This document shows positions 1 through 12,771 of a DNA stretch of 64,000 bases, piece by piece. Origin of the DNA: Octopus vulgaris. Taxonomy: Eukaryota. The notes under the pieces were generated by a model, which ran no database searches, was not told where the DNA came from, and saw only the letters and a program-made list of their open reading frames with translations. The stretch covers positions 27,404,001 through 27,468,000 of the forward strand of contig OX597824.1 in NCBI GenBank assembly GCA_951406725.2. Direction: 5' to 3'. The translations under genes and the position numbers were made by a program. Numbering within the stretch: the first letter of the stretch is position 1; each line of letters opens with the position of its first letter.

Positions 1-198
1 TGACAACGTTAACAACGGCAAAAACTGCAAAAGCAACAACAACAACAACAACAATAATAATAATAATAATAATAATAATAGCAAAAGCAGCAGCAACGAC
101 AGCAGCAACAATAACAACAACAACAACAGCAGCAACAACCACAGCAATAATTGTAACAGCAGCAGCAACAACAATGACAAGGCAGCGGCGACACTGCA

Positions 199-229
<31 letters not shown>

Positions 230-596
230 CAACAACAACAACAGTAACCTGAACAGCGGCAGCAGCAGCAGAAGCAGCTGTGTACAATAACAATATCAAC
301 AGCAAAAACAGCAGCAGCAGCAGCAGCAGCAACGACAAGAAGAACAACAGCAGCAGTAACTTGCACCAGCAGCAGCAGCAACAACAACAACAACAACAAC
401 AACGACGACAAGAACAACAACAATAACAACAACAATTGCCACAGCAGTAACAGCTGCAACAATAATAAAAACAACATGAATAGCAACATCAACAACAACA
501 ACAACAACAACAAAAACAACGACAAAAGTAACAACAGCAGCAGCAGCGGCAGCACCGGCAGCAGCAACAACAGCAGCAGCGGCAGTAGCAGCAGCT
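1..596. repeat. Mixed (CAA/CAG/TAA)n trinucleotide tract
   Basis: Directly visible; explains the ORFs 9..347, 296..625 and 476..661. Confidence 0.95.
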
Positions 597-1707
597 TCGC
601 TATTGCTTCTTGTCTTTCTATACAAATGTTCTTATTGTATTCGCTGTCGCCGATTTTATAATTAACCTTTAATGAATTATATTGATTAAGTACCTAAGCG
701 GCCGACATCTTACTGCTGATATTTAGCCATCATGGCGGATATTTCGTTAGTGAATCGATCAGGCGGATTTATCGTGTTTCCTCTCCGTTTCATTGGCTAT
801 TTCTCCGTGTTCATCATTGTTTATGCATTAAACAACATTTCCACGCTGCATCAACAGGATAACAGGTCTTTCAGCAGCCATTAACTACTACAAAGACGCC
901 ATTCTATCATGTACTGTCTTTCTTTCTCTCTCTCTGTCTCTTTTTCTCACCCTTTTTTCTCTCTCTCTCTCTCGCTTTTACACTCTATTCTCTGTCAGAA
1001 CTATGATTATATTAAGTCGATATGGATTCATGCAAGCACACGCACACATTATTCTCTCCCACTCATTCAGTCAGTCTCTCACTCACTCACTCACTCACTC
1101 ACTCACTCACTCACTGTGTATCATACAGACATAACAGACACATACATAGGCAGCTTGTCACATCACAATCTCTCGCTTCTTCTAAGAACACACACACGCA
1201 CACACACATACACACACACAGAAGCAAACACACATGCACGTACACACGCGTACAGAAAATCTCCATTTTTGCAAACATATACACACCGTATTGTAAAGAA
1301 TTCTCACTCGTCTTGTTTATACACACGTTATCTGATGGAATATCTCCATCTGTAGTCCTCTTCCACACTTACAGGGATTCTTATGAATAACATTTCGACA
1401 TATGAATGATTTATAATGAAATACCCAAGCAGAATTCTCATTGTTCTATAAGAATCTCCATCAACATTCTCCCATTTTCTTCCTTAACAGATTCAATCTC
1501 TATCAAAAAGTAAATAGAATCAAAATAGAATAAATTAATCATTATTCCAATCAGAAATATGACTTTCCTTTTGGTTGAATCACTAATGATGATTTCATTT
1601 CTATATAAATATTAACTTGATAGTCACCGCAGGTTTTGCATTAGAAACCCACTATTTCTTTTGTTAGGCGCTGAGTGGATAAACCAGGGCCAGTCAAATG
1701 AGTAAAG

Positions 1708-1987
1708 CAATGGATCCCAAATCTTTTCGGTCCACTAGTCCCTACTTTTTATCCTAAATGATCTCAACTGAATAACATACACCCACGTGAATCAGTAACA
1801 CAGTATAAGAGAGAATAATAAGACAGTAGGAATGTGAGAGCAAATATCAGTAAAACCAGCAACTCCATCCCTCTTTTTTGACGGGGATGGGGTCCCCCCA
1901 CCAAACACAGTTATAAATTAATCATCTCCATTTCATAATTGGAATGAACGGTAAAACTCGCGGCACACAGCAGCGGAGCATCCACTG
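1708..1987. mobile_element. Possible degenerate hAT-type MITE
   Basis: Ends caatggatcccaaatctttt and cgcggcacacag...atccactg resemble the CAGTGGTTCCCAA...CCACTG termini of hAT MITEs; no clear TSD. Confidence 0.3.
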
Positions 1988-2749
1988 TGAAATACTTTTT
2001 TGATCATCTCAAACTTTCCTACATAGAATACACACCCTTATTGGTTAGGATCAGGGTCTTTCGTATATTTTTATGTTCACTGGCTCCATATTAATGGGTA
2101 CAAGTAGGTAATTCCGTATACAAAAAGAAATTGCAGACTGGCAGAACGATCAGGTAAACACAACAGATAGTCAGAGCATTCTAGGTAGCTGAGCATTGTG
2201 GGCGGTTGCTAGGAAACTTTTTTCTTTTTATGTTTGTCGGTGACCTCTATTTATCACAGATCAACCCATGCTAACCGTCACATGGTAAACAATTGAACGT
2301 GCCGTATCATCCCTGATCAGCGTAACATGGTCAAACAATTAAACACTGCCGGATCAGTGATGAATGAATCAGTGGTAAACGAAGCAACATTTACTATGTT
2401 AGAAACAACAACACACACACATACTCACACACACGCACTCACTCACTCATACACACACATACAGCACAACACACAGACATACAAGAGCTAGTCTCTAAAT
2501 AAAAGCTAGATATGCATTTGTTATTCACCCGACACCCTCTGCAGCGTTTAGATATTGCATTCCGCGATAGTTCAAACCTTTCCGGATTTTCATATCCTTT
2601 TGACAATTACGTTGAAGTTATTTTGTATACCAAACACGATTCTGAGCGTCAGGCTTTCACCCCATGGGAGTTATTTACGTCTCATTAGTTTCCTGGTTTT
2701 CTGGTGAACCCGATGCGTTTGATTAATCGTTTTAAAGTTTGCAGTATTC

Positions 2750-2875
2750 AATTGGTACTTATTCTATCGAAGACGAAAGGATGAAAATCCAAGTCGATCT
2801 CGGCGGAATTTGAATTCAGTGCGTAAAGAGCCGGGAGGAAATGCCGCTACTCGATAACGACACTACCAGTTCACC
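2750..2875 (-). mobile_element. SINE family A, degenerate fragment
   Basis: Reverse complement of the family A core gagttcaaattccgccgaggtcgactttgcctttcatcctttcggggtcgataaattaagtaccag. Confidence 0.8.
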
Positions 2876-2889
2876 AATCATCCCTGCTC

Positions 2890-3278
2890 TAGTGGAGGCG
2901 CAATGGCCCAGTGGTTAGTGCAGCGGACTCGCGGTCATAGAATCGCGGTTTCGATTCCCAGACCGGGCGTTGTGAGTGTTTATTGAGCGAAAACACCTAA
3001 AGCTCCACGAAGCTCCGGCAGGGGATGGTGGTGATCCCTGCTGTACTCTTTCACGACAACTTTCTCTCACTCTTACTTCCTATTTCTGTTGTACCTGTAT
3101 TTCAAAGGGCCGGCCTTGTCACTCTCTGTGTCACGCTGAATATCCCCGAGAACTACGTTAAGGGTACACGTGTCTGTGGAGTGCTCAGCCACTTACAAGT
3201 TAATTTCACGAGCAGGCTGTTCCGTTGATTCGGATCAAGCGGAACCCTCGTCGTCGTAACCGACGGAGTGCTTCCATC
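2890..3278 (+). mobile_element. Full-length tRNA-derived SINE family C with 11-bp TSD
   Basis: A box TGGCCCAGTGG, B box GGTTTCGATTCCC; TSD catccctgctc at 2879-2889 and 3279-3289. Confidence 0.9.
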
Positions 3279-3382
3279 CATCCCTGCTCATATTTACTGT
3301 TTAAAACAAACCCTTCAATCTCCAGAGTATCATTACTCACTAGAGTTTTTATTCAATGATTCATAAATAATAAGTTACAGGC

Positions 3383-3558
3383 ACAGGCGTGGGTGTGTGA
3401 ATAAGAAGCTTACTTCCCAACCACATGGCTCGGAGTTCGGTTCTACTGCGCGGCACCGTGAGCAAGTGTCTTCTATTATAGCCTCTGGTCGACCAAAGCC
3501 TTGTGAGCAGATTTGATTGACGGAAACTGAAAGAAGCCCATCGTATATATGTACTTAC

Positions 3559-3596
<38 letters not shown>

Positions 3597-3750
3597 CATT
3601 GCGTCTATGTTTGGCCCCCACCACTGTCGTTTGGGAATAAGTACCAGACTTCAAAAATTAAGTACTGGGGTCGATACATTAGACTAAAAATTATTCAGGG
3701 TGTTGCTCTAGCATGGCCGCAGTCTCATGGTTGGAACAAGTAAAAGATAA
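3383..3750 (+). mobile_element. SINE family B (tRNA-like head, CORE-like body, internal TA/TG microsatellite)
   Basis: Similar to the copies at 9447, 48035 and 60934; ends gcatggccgcagtc...aacaagtaaaaga. Confidence 0.85.
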
Positions 3751-4232
3751 CAGTTATTGGAAAGTACATTTAAACCCTGTTCTGCTCAACGCTGAAAAAT
3801 TGGAATTCTAGTGAAATAGTGTCGAGACCGTTGACCCGCTACCCCGTGGGTTCAGTGGCACAAATGCTATTTTAGTATAAAGTATATCGGGGTGACGTGG
3901 GGGTATCTAGGAGTTTATTCTTCTCAGAGATATATTCATAATATGAACTTAAGAAACTTGAGTGGAACAACCCAGTTTTCAATTTTCCGAATGCTGAGAT
4001 TATTAACTTATTCTACATACCAAGTCAATAGTCTAGACATTGTTGTCGTCTCTATCCACGCCATTATTTGGATTTTGGTGCACCGCGCTCAATCCGTGAC
4101 CCCTTGACGATTTATAAATCTCTATCATTCGTACCTATCCCTGTAGGTATATATACATGTACATATTTGGTATTTTTCTTTTGTAACGACTCGGTACGAT
4201 GTGGAAATATAAAAAATGCAGCAACCCCTACT

Positions 4233-4304
4233 TCGTAGAGATTAGTTTTGATCCATGGAACTTTGAATTAAGAACCCAGCATGCTGTCAATACGCCACTC
4301 TACT
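4233..4304 (-). pseudogene. Decayed initiator tRNA-Met gene copy
   Basis: Minus-strand AGTAGAGTGGCGTATTGACAGCATGCTGGGTTCTTAATTCAAAGTTCCATGGATCAAAACTAATCTCTACGA aligns without gaps, 51/72 by hand, to the metazoan tRNA-iMet sequence as I recall it; anticodon CAT is now CTT; T6 run about 17 nt downstream. Confidence 0.75.
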
Positions 4305-4900
4305 CACCGAATGTTGGACATACTATATAGATGTATTATTACTTATGTTGTCCGTTCTGGGTTAAATTACTTTTATTTTATTATCCATCATGTTATTTAT
4401 TATTTACCTATACATTTCTATGCATTGGACTGTGTCAAATGTACGAAATATATCAACAACACAATTCATGCTGTACCGATGGGACGTGAATTTACTTACT
4501 GAAAGACTGCATTTCATTCTGCCAATACCCCGAAAGCCATATTAGACAAACCACATTCATAGATTTATGTGTCGCAAAGCTTTCCGGTGGTCCCTTCAGT
4601 TACCCTTTTATAGTTCCCCCAGAAACAAATCAGATTCATGAATGTCTTCTCGGCGCAGTATAGCAAGCGAGTTTGCTACTTCCTTTACAATTGAGCGTTT
4701 CTTCAAGTAGAGGCAATGGACCTTAAGTAGTGTCTTCTCAATGAATACTGTACCAATGCAAGTATAGCTACCACTGATATCTTGGCAAGATGCACTCAAT
4801 CGATGCCAATCAGTTATCAATACATTCAAACTAGAATTAGAAATGTAAAATGCCTACTCATACACTAGTTATATATCAGTTCTTTTGTTGTTATTATTAG

Positions 4901-5065
4901 ACGCAGTCGTGGCTGTGAAGTAAAAAGCTTGCTTCCCAACCACATAGACCTGGGTTCACACCTAATGGGATTAACCTTGGGCAAGTGTCTGCTACTATAG
5001 CCTCAGGTCGAACAAAGCCTTGCGAGTGGAATTAGTAGACAGAAACTGAAAGAAATCTGTCATAC
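4901..5065 (+). mobile_element. SINE family B, 5' half
   Basis: cttgcttcccaaccacat...ccttgggcaagtgtct...gaaactgaaagaa. Confidence 0.8.
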
Positions 5066-5416
5066 GAATTCACTCGTCTATATAAGTTAGGATATGCTGA
5101 CTGCCTTGTGCTATGTTCCGATGGTGCTTGATCGGAAATGCAAAGGGTAAGTTTTTCTAGCATTTTCAAATTTATAATTCTCGAAACATTATGTTGACAA
5201 AAGAAATGAATTTTTATAATTCTAATCCAGAACCGCGTCCATAATTAATCGAAGACTGCTTGATTTCATTATTTTTTCTTCTTTTTACCTATGTGAGTTA
5301 CAAATATTATCTGTGGAGTCATATTTTGTAGTGAAAAAAAAAAATGGTGTTTTGGCTGCTATTTCTAAATTTTCGGTGTGTGGTGAAGTAACGTGTTGCT
5401 AAACCCTTAATTATAG

Positions 5417-5487
<71 letters not shown>

Positions 5488-5491
<4 letters not shown>

Positions 5492-5825
5492 GTCATCCCA
5501 CGAGTTCTGTCCGGTTTTACCTTTTTTAAAATTGAATAAAATTTAATAGTATTTTAGAATGTCCAATGGAATTAAAAATTGTTTTTTTATGAATTTGTGT
5601 ACGTTTAAACTAATTAAATATTATTTTACAGAATAATAGAATTAAAATTTCTTTGATTAAAACCCTTTCTAACATGGAAGTATCCAAAGATCATTTATGT
5701 GTCGCAAAGCTTTCCGGTGATAATCAGGCAAAGTAAATTGATGATTAAATTTCAATTAAATATAACATTTGATATAACACTTGTCTTTTTATTCAAGATT
5801 CAGACAGTACTAATGGGATGACCTG

Positions 5826-5826
<1 letters not shown>
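5488..5826 (+). mobile_element. Internally deleted mariner (MITE) in a (TA)n tract
   Basis: TIRs tcaggtcatcccacgagttctgtc and gacagtactaatgggatgacctga with TA flanks; keeps the transposase start MEVSKDHL (ATG 5674) and a C-terminal remnant DNQAK*IDD*. Confidence 0.85.
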
Positions 5827-5849
<23 letters not shown>

Positions 5850-5857
<8 letters not shown>

Positions 5858-6075
5858 TTGTTTTCGTGTCCGAATTTGCTTTCGTCACCATCTCTTGACA
5901 GCTGGTGTTGGTCAGTTTACATCGCTGTATCTTAACGTTTTGGCAAAAGAACGATTAAACAAGTACCAGGGTTAAAATAGTACTGGGGCCGAATCGCTCG
6001 ATTAAAATTATTCACGTTGTTGCCCCAGCATGGTCGCAGTCAAAAGACACAAACAAACAATAGATATAAAGATAA
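5850..6075 (+). mobile_element. SINE family B, 3' half
   Basis: ttgacagctggtgttggtcagtttacat...ccccagcatggtcgcagtcaaa. Confidence 0.75.
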
Positions 6076-6692
6076 TAGATTAGTCAAGTAGCTAACTATT
6101 AACCAATTAAATTACCGTTTGTTTGATTAATTGTTCGGCTAATCAATGATTTAGCTCTGTCAGCTAAAGTCATTTCGTCGCCATTCGTGACCTCATCGAT
6201 GACATCCCCCTCTACTCCAAACAATCGATTAGTTGGTTCGTCAAATTGTTCAACTAATAATCTAATAATATAAAAAAGAAGTGAAAAAGAACCAGTGCGT
6301 GTATTTATTATTGGCGTAACGACCCTCTCACACCAGGAATCACGCTAACCAAATACGAAAGTGAAAAATAACTACAAATTTATATTTTAAAACGAGAAAG
6401 AATGTTGCTTGTTTCATTCATTGTTTTGTTTATTTTTCCTGTCTACTATATTTTTTTTGTATCCCTACATTAAGAACATTATAATAGTTTTCTAATTACA
6501 CAATGCCCATATCTGCAATTATTCTTGGTAAATATAATCTTTATGAGTCGGTTTCTGGGTGCTGATTTCGAAATGTAATTATTTTTTATTTATTTTCTAG
6601 TCTAGTCTTGCTAATACCATTTACATCCAATTGTGAATATTATACTATAACTTATTACTTGGTAAGCTAGATTACACCCACACCCACACACA

Positions 6693-6813
<121 letters not shown>

Positions 6814-6994
6814 GTATTTATATATATATATATGTGTGTGTGTGTGTATTGTGTATGATTATACGTTTGGCATTTAGCCCGGTTTTAAGTAGTTTATATA
6901 ATGTGTCTATAATATTACTTTTTAACATTTTCTTCCATTTGTCTGTTTTGTACACTGTCTACTTTAATAATTCCTAAGCATTTGTAAGACTGTG

Positions 6995-7365
6995 CTTAGT
7001 CCACTGTGCCCATGCTGGGGCACTACCTTGAAGATATGTTAACGAACGAATCCACCCCAGTACGTTGTTCTCTAAAATCTGGTACTTACTTCATCGTCAA
7101 CGTTTGCTGAACTGCTAAGTTACTGGAACATCAACAAAACCATCGCTGGTTGTCAAGTGTTATTGGAGGACAGACATAAAGACACACGTAAACACATACA
7201 CGTACGTACACCCCTCCCACACATACATAAAATCCATACGGTCTCCAAAATCCATATAGAAGGCTTTGGCCAACCTGAGGCTGGAGTAGTGACACCTATT
7301 TGGACTGAACTCGGAACCATGTGGTTGAGAAGCAAGCTTCTTACAACACAGCTACGTCTGCGCTT
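6995..7365 (-). mobile_element. SINE family B, degenerate
   Basis: Reverse complement of the family B head (ggaaccatgtggttgagaagcaagcttctta) and tail (catgctggggcac). Confidence 0.75.
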
Positions 7366-7507
7366 ATTGTCGGGGCTATAGTAGATGACACATTAGTGGA
7401 TTTTATTTATTTTCTCCTCTTATAGTGTATATTTTCAAATAATGTTTCATAGTAATTTCCCTACTGAAATCGTACAACATGTATTAAAGTGTTGCTTGTC
7501 ACCTTAA

Positions 7508-7551
<44 letters not shown>

Positions 7552-8760
7552 CAAATCGTTGCCATCTCATTGTGAGTGTCCATATTTAATTTAATTTATG
7601 ACGTTGATGAAGTTGATCTTTCTCATCTCCATGTATCCTGCGATTAGATTCTCTATTCCGTTTCGTTATATGCTTTGAGTGGTTTCTAGTGGCGAAGAGT
7701 CAGTTCTGCGCCGCAGTCAAAAACTTTTCTGCCTCTTTGATTCATACACTTCTCATTTAGTGTTGGCACTATTTTCGTATATTTTACACTGCTCAGCTTT
7801 TTCCAATATTGGCCATGAAGACACTTTTCTTGTCATCATTCTATACTGGAATCCTGTAAACCCAATTTTATTTCAATAATTTAAGCGCTTCACGATTGCC
7901 GTAGATTTTCTTGACGACAGGGAACAGTTTTGTTTTGCTTTCTTCATGGTTCATACATGTAGCATCTCCTAGGGGACCGTAAGTGCTAGGGCGATAATTA
8001 TTACCTGACAATATTTGGCAGAACTAGAAGTTTGAATTTAGGAAAAATACATCGAATACAAATATTTAAAATTATCTGTTCTTATTTGGTGTTACTAAAT
8101 TCTTAAAAAATTCTAGACTATGGTAACCATGAACAAAATTATTTCATTCTTTTTAGAAATTCTCAGAATGAATAAACTCAAGTATATTAGTTAATCATTT
8201 TAAGAAGTCAGAGCTTTCTTATAGATAGAAAATATTAGTTAGGAAGAATCTCTTGGAATGTGTATTTTTTTCTTTTTCTTCATAGATTGTTTCATAACTA
8301 TTTGTATTAATTTTCATTGATTCTGTAATCTTGCAATGAGTGTATCGTAGTAGATTTCTAGTTTTATAATCCCCCTACGGCTTAACATTCACAGATAATA
8401 TAGCCTTCCAATCATTCTGATTTTGGCTGGTGCATTCCAATTGTAATTATTATTCCCCTTCATTATATGACTAGTTTAGCTAGGTCGTTAATTGTCCAGT
8501 AGAGAATATTAATACGATAAATAAGGGTATTGATTATTACACACCATTTTTTTCTTCAGTAGTTTTATGTGGGTTTTTGTTGAATTATGTGATGCACTTC
8601 CGTTTTACTGAAGCTTGTGTATTATTTTGTTCATATTTTAAGTTTGCTTGGTTGAGATTAGACTCCACCAGTTGCTCTGCTTCATCGGTTTGTTTTATTA
8701 TCCGGTATAATGAGCATTACCATTATTATTACTATTATTATCAGTATTATTATTGTTATT

Positions 8761-8952
8761 CAGTAGTTTTATTTTTATAGCGTGCTTTCACTTCACTACC
8801 GAGCGCAGCTCTGTGTGCCTTGGGTATGTGCTGTGATTTGTTGTGATGCTCTGATGGTTATTGTATGGAAAGTGTTCTGCGTAGGATGTGTGCAGTGCCT
8901 AGTAGTGCAATTTTCTGTATGTTATATGCGTTTGTAAGTCCTGGTGTTTTTG

Positions 8953-8953
<1 letters not shown>
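8761..8953 (-). mobile_element. 5'-truncated Dong/R4-clade LINE (ORF C-terminus plus 3' UTR) in (TAA)n
   Basis: Minus strand translates TKTPGLTNAYNIQKIALLGTAHILRRTLSIQ*, sharing the motif of the 58592-59202 C-terminus (IQKIGLMGTVHILRKILSM*); TAA repeats on both sides. Confidence 0.8.
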
Positions 8954-9005
<52 letters not shown>

Positions 9006-9059
9006 CATTATTATTATTATTACTATTATTATTATTATTTTCATTATTATTATTATTAC

Positions 9060-9121
<62 letters not shown>
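8954..9121. repeat. (TAT)n microsatellite
   Basis: Directly visible. Confidence 0.97.
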
Positions 9122-9187
9122 GAAAGAGGTGAACCAGCATGGCCGCAGTCAAATGATTGAAACAAGTAAAAAGGTAAAAGGATAGAA

Positions 9188-9370
9188 GTCGGCGAAATAG
9201 CAGAATCGTTAACACGCCGACCAAAAGGCTTAGCGTTCTGAGTTCAAATTCCACCGAGGTCGACTTTCTCATTCATCCTTACGAGGTCGATAAAATAGGT
9301 ACCAGCTGAGTACTGAGGTCGATGGAATCGACTTAACCGTTCCTCAAAATTGCTGGCCTTATGCCGAAAT
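9188..9370 (+). mobile_element. SINE family A
   Basis: gcagaatcgttaacacgccg...gagttcaaattccaccgaggtcgacttt. Confidence 0.85.
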
Positions 9371-9397
9371 CCTCATCATCATAATCATCATCATCAT

Positions 9398-9444
<47 letters not shown>

Positions 9445-9446
9445 TA

Positions 9447-9847
9447 GGCGCAGGAGTGGCTGTGTGGTAAGTAGCTTGCTTACCAACCACATGGTTCTGG
9501 GTTCAGTCCCGCTGCATGGCACCTTGGGCAAGTATCTTCCACTATAGCCTCGGGCCGACCAAAACCTTGTGAGTGGATTTGGTTGATGGAAACTGAAAGA
9601 AGCTCTTTGTATATATGTATATGTATATGTGTGTGTGTTTGTCTCCACCCCGACATCGCTTGACATCTGATGCTGGTGTGTATACATCCCCGTAACTTAG
9701 CGGTGCAGCAACAGAGAACGATAGAATAAGTACTAGGCTTACAAAGAATAATTCCTGGTGTCGATTTGTTCGACTAAAGGCGGTGCTCCAGCATGGCCGC
9801 AGTCAAGTGACTGAAACAAATAAAAGAGTAAAAGACAGAGTAAGAGT
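9447..9847 (+). mobile_element. Full-length SINE family B
   Basis: ggcgcaggagtggctgtgtggtaag (A box), gggttcagtccc (B box), accttgggcaagt CORE-like motif, internal microsatellite, aaagagt tail. Confidence 0.9.
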
Positions 9848-10324
<477 letters not shown>

Positions 10325-11154
10325 ATAGTACTAGCAGCAGCACTAGCCGCAGTAGCAGTAGCAATGCTTTTCGTTGGTGATTTTTGCTTTTGTTTCTTCG
10401 CCATTGTTTTACTCTTGAACGCTATGGTGGTTTTGTGTATCTTCTACCGTATCGGTTTCAATCTCCAATTAGAAATGCGACTGCACTTTGGTAAGATGAG
10501 AACCACATCAACACAGACACACACACAAACAAACAAACAAACACACACACACACACACACATACATACACACAAACGCACACAACCACTCACACGCACAC
10601 ACGCACACAGAGATGCAGAACCGCATACAAACATACACAAGCACATACTTAGAAAGCCATACACATACACTCACACACATACTTTCTAGCCTTCCTTTTT
10701 CCATTTTTCTTTTACTTATACTTTCTAGTGATTTTTTATTATATTTGTTGGTTTTAGGTCTTTTAGTTTGTTTGTTTATCTTTGTTGTTATGGCGTGATT
10801 TCCATCAGGATTAACTACTAAATCATAATTCTGTTTTTATTGTAGTCATCAGCCTCATTGGCATAATGATAATCAGAATCATCATCATCGTTATCGTCGT
10901 CGTCGTCGACGTCATCGTCATCATCACTGTCATCATCATCATCGTCACCATCATAATCACCTTCATCCTCATCATCATCATCCCCGCTGCCGATAGCATC
11001 ACCACCACCAAAACCAATACCACTATCTGCACCACTTCCACCACCACCACCACCACCACCATCATCAGCACCACCACCAGCAGCACCTAGAGCACCACCA
11101 TCATCATCATCATCATCGCATTGACTCCAGTTTATCCTCGAAAGAATGTAAGTC

Positions 11155-11255
11155 AAGATTAACCTCGGCGGAATTTGAACTCAGAACGTAAAGGCAGACG
11201 ATGCGCCGCTAAGCTTTCTGTCCGGCGTGCTAACAATTCTGTCGGCCCGTGGCCT

Positions 11256-11275
<20 letters not shown>
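11155..11275 (-). mobile_element. SINE family A, 5' part
   Basis: cctcggcggaatttgaactcagaacgta...cgtgctaac. Confidence 0.8.
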
Positions 11276-11348
<73 letters not shown>

Positions 11349-11350
<2 letters not shown>

Positions 11351-11714
11351 TGCATCTCTGATCACGAGCAGAAGTAGTGGGGGAGCATCATAGCCATGTG
11401 TTGAGAGGGATTCTTTGGGGTTTGAATAGTTCACCTCTGGAAACATGGGTGGTTCTTTCAACATCCTTAAACAACCCTTATTCAGGGACCGTTTGAGCGG
11501 GATGGGCTACTCAACCTGAAGAAAATTCTAACTGGGCCCCACCTGCAAGGTCATGTGCTGTTTATCTTGATATGAGATCACCATGTCGCGCACATATGGT
11601 TGTGATGCATGTGCCTGGTGTACCTTTATCAGACGGGTAGTCATGATGGGTATATTGGGCTTCGTATATTTTACCCCAGTGTCACTTTGATGGCATGAAC
11701 TGCTCTCTCACTCA
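11349..11714 (+). mobile_element. (TAA)n-embedded interspersed repeat, copy 1 (truncated at one end; strand assignment inferred)
   Basis: Inverted match to about 12109-12471; (AAT)n on both sides. Confidence 0.85.
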
Positions 11715-11744
11715 ATAATAATAATAATAATAATAACATTATTA

Positions 11745-11830
<86 letters not shown>

Positions 11831-11832
11831 GA

Positions 11833-12029
11833 TAAAGCGGTGCACGCAGAGTAAAACACTCAGCGGTCTTTCGTCTGTCTTTGTGCTCTGAGTTCAAATT
11901 CCGTCGGGGTTGACTTTGCCTTTTATCATTTCGGGGTCTATGAGGTAAGTACCGGTCAAGTTCTGGTGTCGGTGTAATCGACTTGTCCCGTCCCACCAAA
12001 TTTCAGGCTTACTGCCCATAGTAGAAAGG

Positions 12030-12032
<3 letters not shown>
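11833..12032 (+). mobile_element. SINE family A with the tail-2 end
   Basis: Family A core; ends aatttcaggcttactgcccatagtagaaagga. Confidence 0.8.
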
Positions 12033-12092
<60 letters not shown>

Positions 12093-12108
12093 TTTATCAT
12101 TATTATTA

Positions 12109-12667
12109 TTGACAGAGAGTAGTTCATGCCATCAAAGTGACACTGGGGTACAAATATACCCCAGTATACCCATCATGACTACCCATCTGATAAGAGTGCA
12201 CCAGACACATGCATCACAAACATATGTTCGTGACATGGTTATCTCATATCAAGATAAACAACGCGTGACCTTGCAGGATTGGGGCCCATTTAGAATTTTC
12301 TTCTGGACGAGTAGCCCATACCGCTCAAAAGGTCCCTGAATAAGGATTGTTTATGGATGTTGAAGGAAAGACCCATGTTTCCAAAGGTGAATTATCCCAA
12401 CCCCAAAGAATACCTCTCAACACATGGCTATGATGCTCCTCCACTACTTCTGCTCGTGATCAGAGATGCACATGATATCGTCAGCCACTAAGGGACATGT
12501 TCAACTGGTTATGGTCAAACAACTGACAAGCAAATCTGTGGTATTGAGCAGAATATTTGCTGTAGCCCATCTTTTACACCAAGACAAAACAATGTACATG
12601 ATAACACTTCCAATCAGTTAATATCTGCAGCCATGAGAGTCACTGCCTGGTACTGCATCAGGGCATT
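12109..12667 (-). mobile_element. (TAA)n-embedded interspersed repeat, copy 2 (longest, about 560 bp)
   Basis: Homologous to 11349-11714 and 12772-13099; (TAT)n on both sides; no protein motif seen. Confidence 0.85.
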
Positions 12668-12669
12668 TA

Positions 12670-12740
<71 letters not shown>

Positions 12741-12771
12741 GTTGTTATTGTTGTTGTTGTTGTTGTTGTTA

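Noticed and set aside
2892-2970. Functional tRNA gene
   Set aside because: A and B boxes are present, but there is no complete cloverleaf and it continues into a TSD-bounded SINE body
7560-8700. Possible old LINE body (also 27650-28020)
   Set aside because: I could not recover a convincing protein motif by hand; a translated search would be needed
12612-12630. U2 snRNA-like atcagttaatatctg
   Set aside because: The match is too short and the paralogous copy reads atcagttaagatcag
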